The notes below the pieces were generated by a model. The model searched no databases, was not told the origin of the DNA, and saw only the letters and a list, made by a program, of their open reading frames with translations. From an uncultured delta proteobacterium (GTDB taxonomy: Bacteria > Desulfobacterota > Binatia > DP-6): DNA of 64,000 nucleotides. How positions within the stretch are numbered: position 1 is the stretch's first letter; every line of letters begins with the position of its first letter. Positions 59,384 to 64,000 of this stretch are shown one piece after another. A program made the position numbers and the translations under genes. The DNA lies in NCBI GenBank assembly GCA_963815115.1, contig CAWFFN010000005.1:32001-96000 (forward strand). Reading direction: 5' to 3'.

Positions 59384-60504
59384 CAGGCGCCTCTCGTATA
59401 GGCAGACCCGCGCGAGCTCGCCTCAGCCGGCGACGACACTTCAAGCGCCGTGGGTGGGTAAAAGCGCTTCTGTGCCCACAGGGCGACATGGACGAGTCCG
59501 ATGAGGGCCGGCACCTCGACCAGCGGCCCGATCACAGCTGCAAACGCGGCTCCGCTGTGGATACCAAACGTGCCGACGGCCACCGCGATGGCGAGCTCGA
59601 AGTTGTTCGACGCGGCGGTGAAGGAGAGCGTGACTGACTGCTTGTAGTCCGCGCCGACCCGCTTACTCATCACGAAGGAGATCGCAAACATCAGGACGAA
59701 GTAGACGAGAAGCGGCACCGCGATGCGGAGCACATCGAGCGGCAGCTGCACGATCGCCTCGCCCTTGAGCGAGAACATCAGGACGATGGTCAGTAGCAGC
59801 GCCACGAGCGTGAGGGGGCTGATCCGCGGCACGAACTCCGTCTGGTACCAGGCGAGCCCCTTCGCGCGGACCAGCACAAGCCGTGTCAGGAAGCCTGCGG
59901 CGAAGGGCACCCCGAGGTAGATGGCGACGCTCTTTGCGATCTCCCCGATCGTAATGTTTACGACAGCGCCTTCGAGGCCGAGCCACGTTGGGAGGAGCGT
60001 CGCGAAGAAGTAGGCGTAGACCGAGAAAAAGAGGACCTGGAAGATCGAGTTCAGGGCGACGAGGCCGGCACAGTACTCGCTGTCGCCCTTCGCGAGGTCG
60101 TTCCACACAACGACCATCGCGATGCAGCGGGCGAGGCCGATGAGGATCAGCCCCAGCATGTACTCGGGCTGGCCGCGGAGGAAGAGAACCGCGAGGGCGA
60201 ACATCAGAACCGGACCGATCACCCAGTTCTGGACAAGCGACAGGACAAGGACGCGCGTGTTCTCGAAAACCTTGCCGAGCGCCTCGTAGCGAACCTTCGC
60301 AAGCGGCGGGTACATCATGAGGATGAGTCCCACCGCGAGCGGCACCGAGGTGGTGCCGACGCTCATGCCGTTCAGCGTGGCCGTGAAGCCCGGCGCGGAG
60401 TAGCCGAGGCCGACGCCGGCGGCCATCGCGAGAAATATCCAGAGCGTCAGGTACCGATCGAGAAACGAGAGCTTCCGGGCAACGCCGCGAGAGTTGGTCT
60501 CCAT
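59383..60504 (-). CDS. acr3: ACR3-family arsenite efflux transporter
   Basis: [45 protein letters not shown]. Confidence 0.96.
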   Translation of the reverse strand: METNSRGVARKLSFLDRYLTLWIFLAMAAGVGLGYSAPGFTATLNGMSVGTTSVPLAVGLILMMYPPLAKVRYEALGKVFENTRVLVLSLVQNWVIGPVLMFALAVLFLRGQPEYMLGLILIGLARCIAMVVVWNDLAKGDSEYCAGLVALNSIFQVLFFSVYAYFFATLLPTWLGLEGAVVNITIGEIAKSVAIYLGVPFAAGFLTRLVLVRAKGLAWYQTEFVPRISPLTLVALLLTIVLMFSLKGEAIVQLPLDVLRIAVPLLVYFVLMFAISFVMSKRVGADYKQSVTLSFTAASNNFELAIAVAVGTFGIHSGAAFAAVIGPLVEVPALIGLVHVALWAQKRFYPPTALEVSSPAEASSRGSAYTRGA

Positions 60505-60611
60505 GCCAAATCAGCTCCTGGGATGCTCGCACCATGACTGCCGAAGGGGCGCCTCGGCCCTTCGGCTGCGCAGGGCGTTCTTCGTGCCAATGTTGCTCCG
60601 CGCCGCGTCCC

Positions 60612-60974
60612 TCATGCCCGCCTTGCTCGTCGACGCTCCGTAGGAGCAGGCGCCAAAGCGGCACGAACTGCCTCCATCCGCTTGAGGGCAATTCGGTAGT
60701 AGACCCACGTCCGCCGCTTCTCCCGTTCGAGGAGCCCCGCGTCGTTGAGCACTTTGAGATGGTGGCTCACCGTTGGCTGCGAGAGCCCAACCGGCCCGGT
60801 GAGATGACAAACGCAGGCCTCTCCTCCCGGCTGCGCGGCGATGAAGCTGAGAAGACGAAGCCGCGCCGGATCGGCGAGTGCTTTGAACATCGTCGCGAGC
60901 TCCTCCGCGTCAGCTTTGTCGAGCGCTGACTGGAGGACGGGCGGGCAACAGGGGACGACTCGTAGTTGAGGCAT
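60612..60974 (-). CDS. arsR: ArsR/SmtB transcriptional repressor
   Basis: N-terminal CC, FKALADPARL, ACVCHL, SQPTVSHHLKVL. Confidence 0.93.
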   Translation of the reverse strand: MPQLRVVPCCPPVLQSALDKADAEELATMFKALADPARLRLLSFIAAQPGGEACVCHLTGPVGLSQPTVSHHLKVLNDAGLLEREKRRTWVYYRIALKRMEAVRAALAPAPTERRRARRA

Positions 60975-60979
60975 ATGGC

Positions 60980-61030
60980 GATATTGACATGCTTCGATGG
61001 TCTATGCAATATCGAGCGTGGTCGATATTT
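60980..61030. promoter_or_regulatory. ArsR-type operator and divergent promoter (arsR/pstS)
   Basis: ATATTGAC.....CGAT and ATATCGA.....TCGATAT dyads; TTGACA -35 box. Confidence 0.75.
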
Positions 61031-61050
61031 CGTAGCTCTCGGAGGGCTCG

Positions 61051-62064
61051 ATGAAGTGTCTCCTCGCAGCGCTCGCTTGCCTGGCCCTTGGCTCGACAGC
61101 CCACGCCGAAGTCGTCCTGACGGGCTCCGGCTCAACGTTTGCCTTTCCCTTGTACTCCAAGTGGATGGACGCCTTTCACCAGCGCGAGCCCGATATCCGC
61201 GTGAACTATGCCTCCATCGGGAGCGGGGCAGGCATCGCCCAAATCAGTGCGGGCACGACAGATTTCGGCGCGAGCGATGGGCCGATGGCGGATGCGGAGC
61301 TCCAGGAACTCGCCGTGCCGATCCTCCACTTCCCGACCACTATGGGCGCCGTCGTCGTGACGTTCAACGTCAACCACATCGACCGCCTACGCTTCGACCC
61401 CGAAACCCTCGCCGGCATCTTTCTCGGGAAGATTACGAACTGGCACGACCCGGCCATCCGACGAAACACCTCGATGCCTCTTCCTGACGCGCCGATCACC
61501 GTAGTCCATCGGTTAGACGGCAGTGGCACAACCTACATCCTCACCGACTACCTCTCCAAAGTGAGCCCCGAATGGCAAGCCTCAGTCGGCCGCGGCACGA
61601 GCGTAAAGTGGCCCGTGGGCCTCGCCGGGAACGGCAACGAGGGCGTCGCGGACCTCGTCCAAAAAACGGAGAACTCCATCGGCTACGTCGAGCTCATCTA
61701 CTCCGTCCGGCACGACCTTCCCTACGGCGGTGTGCTAAATCGGGCTGGGAAGTATGTGCTGCCGAGCCTCGAGAGCGTCAATGCCGCGGCTGCGGCCGCA
61801 GCGGCCAACATGCCGCCTGACTTCCGGGTCTCTATCACCGACGCCGACGGCCCAGACTCGTATCCGATCTCCAGCTTCACGTGGCTGCTCGTCCCGGCCC
61901 GCTTCCGGGACGCGGCAAAGGGCGAGGCGATGAAGAAGTTCCTTGAGTGGATGCTTGCAGACGGCCAGGGTCTTGCTCCGTCACTCCTCTACGCACCGCT
62001 GCCCCCGAAGGTCATCGAGCTTGAGCGCGAGGCGATCGCCAGGGTTCAGGTCGACTTGAAATGA
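61051..62064 (+). CDS. pstS: Phosphate ABC transporter substrate-binding protein (no permease or ATPase genes here)
   Basis: GSGSTF, YASIGSGAG, FGASD, R.DGSGTT, IGYVE, YPISSFTW. Confidence 0.93.
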   Translation: MKCLLAALACLALGSTAHAEVVLTGSGSTFAFPLYSKWMDAFHQREPDIRVNYASIGSGAGIAQISAGTTDFGASDGPMADAELQELAVPILHFPTTMGAVVVTFNVNHIDRLRFDPETLAGIFLGKITNWHDPAIRRNTSMPLPDAPITVVHRLDGSGTTYILTDYLSKVSPEWQASVGRGTSVKWPVGLAGNGNEGVADLVQKTENSIGYVELIYSVRHDLPYGGVLNRAGKYVLPSLESVNAAAAAAAANMPPDFRVSITDADGPDSYPISSFTWLLVPARFRDAAKGEAMKKFLEWMLADGQGLAPSLLYAPLPPKVIELEREAIARVQVDLK

Positions 62065-62101
62065 CCAGCCCGGTCGTCGGTCCACCGCTCGTGAGTCGAG
62101 A

Positions 62102-62296
62102 ATGCCTGGCGACTCTTCCTCACGCCTCCTGAGTCGCCTTCGTCTCGTCCTCGGCCTTCTCCAGATGACCGGCGCGGCTGTCGCTGCTGCGCTTCTCTAT
62201 TCCGTCGGCGTCACAGCGCTCTCGCTCGGCGCCGTGGTTGTCACCACCAGTCTTACCTCGCTCAGCGTCATGCTCTTTGGGTCACAGCATTCGTGA
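62102..62296 (+). CDS. Small two-TM hypothetical protein
   Basis: 64 aa with two hydrophobic segments. Confidence 0.5.
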   Translation: MPGDSSSRLLSRLRLVLGLLQMTGAAVAAALLYSVGVTALSLGAVVVTTSLTSLSVMLFGSQHS

Positions 62297-62340
62297 CACA
62301 GTCATCGCCCGTGAGCATGGAGTAACGCCAGGCTCGGTGA

Positions 62341-62391
62341 GATATTGACATTCGTCGATATCTGGTGCAACATCGAAGAGCGTCGATATTT
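62341..62391 (+). promoter_or_regulatory. Second ArsR-type operator/promoter
   Basis: GATATTGACATTCGTCGATAT..ATCGAAGAGCGTCGATAT, same layout as 60980-61030. Confidence 0.75.
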
Positions 62392-62409
62392 TAACCAAGG
62401 AGGACCCCA

Positions 62410-62916
62410 ATGGCCAACACCTTTCACGTCGCCGTCTACGTTCAGAGCATCCCCGAAGCGGTCGAGAAGTATCGAAAGATCCTCGGCCACGAGCCCGCGA
62501 AGGTTCGCCACGACTACGCGAAGTTTGAGCTCCAAGACCCTCCCGTCATCTTTTCGCTGAACGTCGGAGGCGAACCCGGGACGCTGAGCCATCTCGGGAT
62601 CCGTTACCCGGGCACCGGCGACGTCGCCTCGGAGCTGGTCCGTGTGAAGCAGGCAGACATCCCGCTCTTTCAGCAGGAAGGGACGACTTGCTGCTACGCA
62701 AAGGCGGACAAGTTCTGGGTGAGGGACGGAGACGGCATCCCGTGGGAGATGTACGCGCTCCTCGAGGACGTCCAGGCTGAGACGGCCGCGGACCCTCAGC
62801 TCCGCGCGTTCCTCGGCCAGGAGACGACAGAGGCAGCAGGCGGCGACGCTGCTCTGGCACCCTCGGCTGGTTGCTGCGTGCCAACGGGACTCCAGAGCTC
62901 GAGCGACCGCCGGTGA
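62410..62916 (+). CDS. ArsI/CadI-family VOC protein (C-As lyase-like)
   Basis: FHVA, PAKVRHDYAKF, SHLG, TTCCYAKADKFWV.D..G..WE. Confidence 0.88.
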   Translation: MANTFHVAVYVQSIPEAVEKYRKILGHEPAKVRHDYAKFELQDPPVIFSLNVGGEPGTLSHLGIRYPGTGDVASELVRVKQADIPLFQQEGTTCCYAKADKFWVRDGDGIPWEMYALLEDVQAETAADPQLRAFLGQETTEAAGGDAALAPSAGCCVPTGLQSSSDRR

Positions 62917-62934
62917 GCGGAGGGAGATGGGACG

Positions 62935-63789
62935 ATGACCACGACGGTACAATCGAACACCGGCGACGTCCGCGACACAGTTCGGGAGCGCTACGGTGAG
63001 CTTGCTGAGAAAGCGTCCACACACGTGAGCGCGAGTCGCGTCGCGCTGAGCGCGGGCTATACGGAGGAGGACCTGGCCGCCGTCCCCGACGGCGCAAACC
63101 TCGGGCTCGGGTGCGGGAATCCCGTGGCGCTCGCCTCACTCCGCCCCGGAGACGTCGTCCTCGACCTTGGCTCGGGCGCCGGCTTCGATGCGCTCATCGC
63201 CGCGCGCAGTGTCGGCGACGGCGGCCGCATCATCGGTGTCGATATGACGCCGGAGATGGTCGAGAAGGCGCGCACGAATGCAGCGACGGTCGGGTTCACC
63301 AACGTCGACTTTCGTCTCGGCACCATCGAGGAGTTGCCGGTCGAAAGTGGCGCGGTGGACGTCGTCATCTCGAACTGCGTGATCAATCTCTCGCCGGACA
63401 AGCCTCGCGTCTTCGCGGAGGCGTTCCGTGTGCTTCGCCCCGGCGGACGCCTCATGGTCTCCGACATCGTCACGCTGGGGGAGCTCCCCGAGTCCGTCCG
63501 CTCGAGTGTCGCCGCTTACATCAGCTGTGTCGCCGGTGTCAGCACAAAAGACGACTACGTTCGGATGCTCCAGCACGCAGGCTTTGAGCGGGTCGACATC
63601 GTGGGGGAGAAGCCCGCAGCGCCTCTGCTGGGGATGATGGGCGGAGATGCGGAGGCATGCGCGTTTTCCGACCCGACCGTCTCGAGCATAGTCAGCGAGC
63701 TCGCGAAATCCGTGCCGCTCGAAGATCTGATGGACGCCGCACGGCTGGTCGTCAGCGTTCAAGTCGCTGCCTACAAGCCGACCACGTGA
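62935..63789 (+). CDS. arsM: Arsenite S-adenosylmethionine methyltransferase
   Basis: LGLGCGNP, LDLGSGAGFD, ISNCVINLSPDK, SCVAG. Confidence 0.93.
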   Translation: MTTTVQSNTGDVRDTVRERYGELAEKASTHVSASRVALSAGYTEEDLAAVPDGANLGLGCGNPVALASLRPGDVVLDLGSGAGFDALIAARSVGDGGRIIGVDMTPEMVEKARTNAATVGFTNVDFRLGTIEELPVESGAVDVVISNCVINLSPDKPRVFAEAFRVLRPGGRLMVSDIVTLGELPESVRSSVAAYISCVAGVSTKDDYVRMLQHAGFERVDIVGEKPAAPLLGMMGGDAEACAFSDPTVSSIVSELAKSVPLEDLMDAARLVVSVQVAAYKPTT

Positions 63790-63838
63790 CAGTGAGCGGC
63801 GCTCGGGCGGCCGGTTCAAAGCGGCCCGGAGAGCACGG

Positions 63839-64000
63839 TTGACCGCGGTATCGGACGCGAAGCAGCTTTTCACCGAGAAGCACGCGAGCTACGCCCGCTT
63901 CATCCGCTTCTTTCGGTACCCACAGGGCCTCCGTGCGTTCTTCCTGCGATCTCCGCTGCTTCGTTCGGGGCTGCGCGTTCTGGATGCGGGCTGCGGCACG
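63839..64000 (+). CDS. Class I SAM methyltransferase, 5' part only (runs off the window)
   Basis: TTG start after GGAGA; VLDAGCGT motif I. Confidence 0.75.
   Translation, partial: MTAVSDAKQLFTEKHASYARFIRFFRYPQGLRAFFLRSPLLRSGLRVLDAGCGT

Overview
High-GC bacterial DNA. The Cys/Thr-rich secreted protein and gene mix suggest a Deltaproteobacteria/Binatia-like organism, but this is inference only. Positions 1 to ~54 kb form a large stress/low-oxygen-type gene neighbourhood: giant NdvB/ChvB-like GH94 protein, USPs, BON, CBS, Hsp20, HPF-cold-shock, YbaK, dodecin, M50-CBS protease, prs, acsA-pdhABC-ACP, FBP aldolase/phosphatase, ppsA, Pcm-erythromycin esterase and hemerythrin. Its content parallels the mycobacterial DosR regulon and the Burkholderia lxa locus. 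At least eleven genes have a sigma-54-type -24/-12 motif just upstream. The region is decaying, with fused fragments of rtcB/polX/ligA/M50, dnaK/dnaJ, groEL/CSD and tetR. It also carries an unusual ParB-GAF-histidine kinase fusion. The right end (55-64 kb) holds two broken tyrosine recombinases, an IS3-family element, a tRNA-Ala(CGC) 3' fragment (att site) with arm-like repeats, and an arsenic module (arsC x2, acr3, arsR, pstS, arsI-like, arsM) with two ArsR-type operators. All calls come from reading the sequence; no database searches were run.
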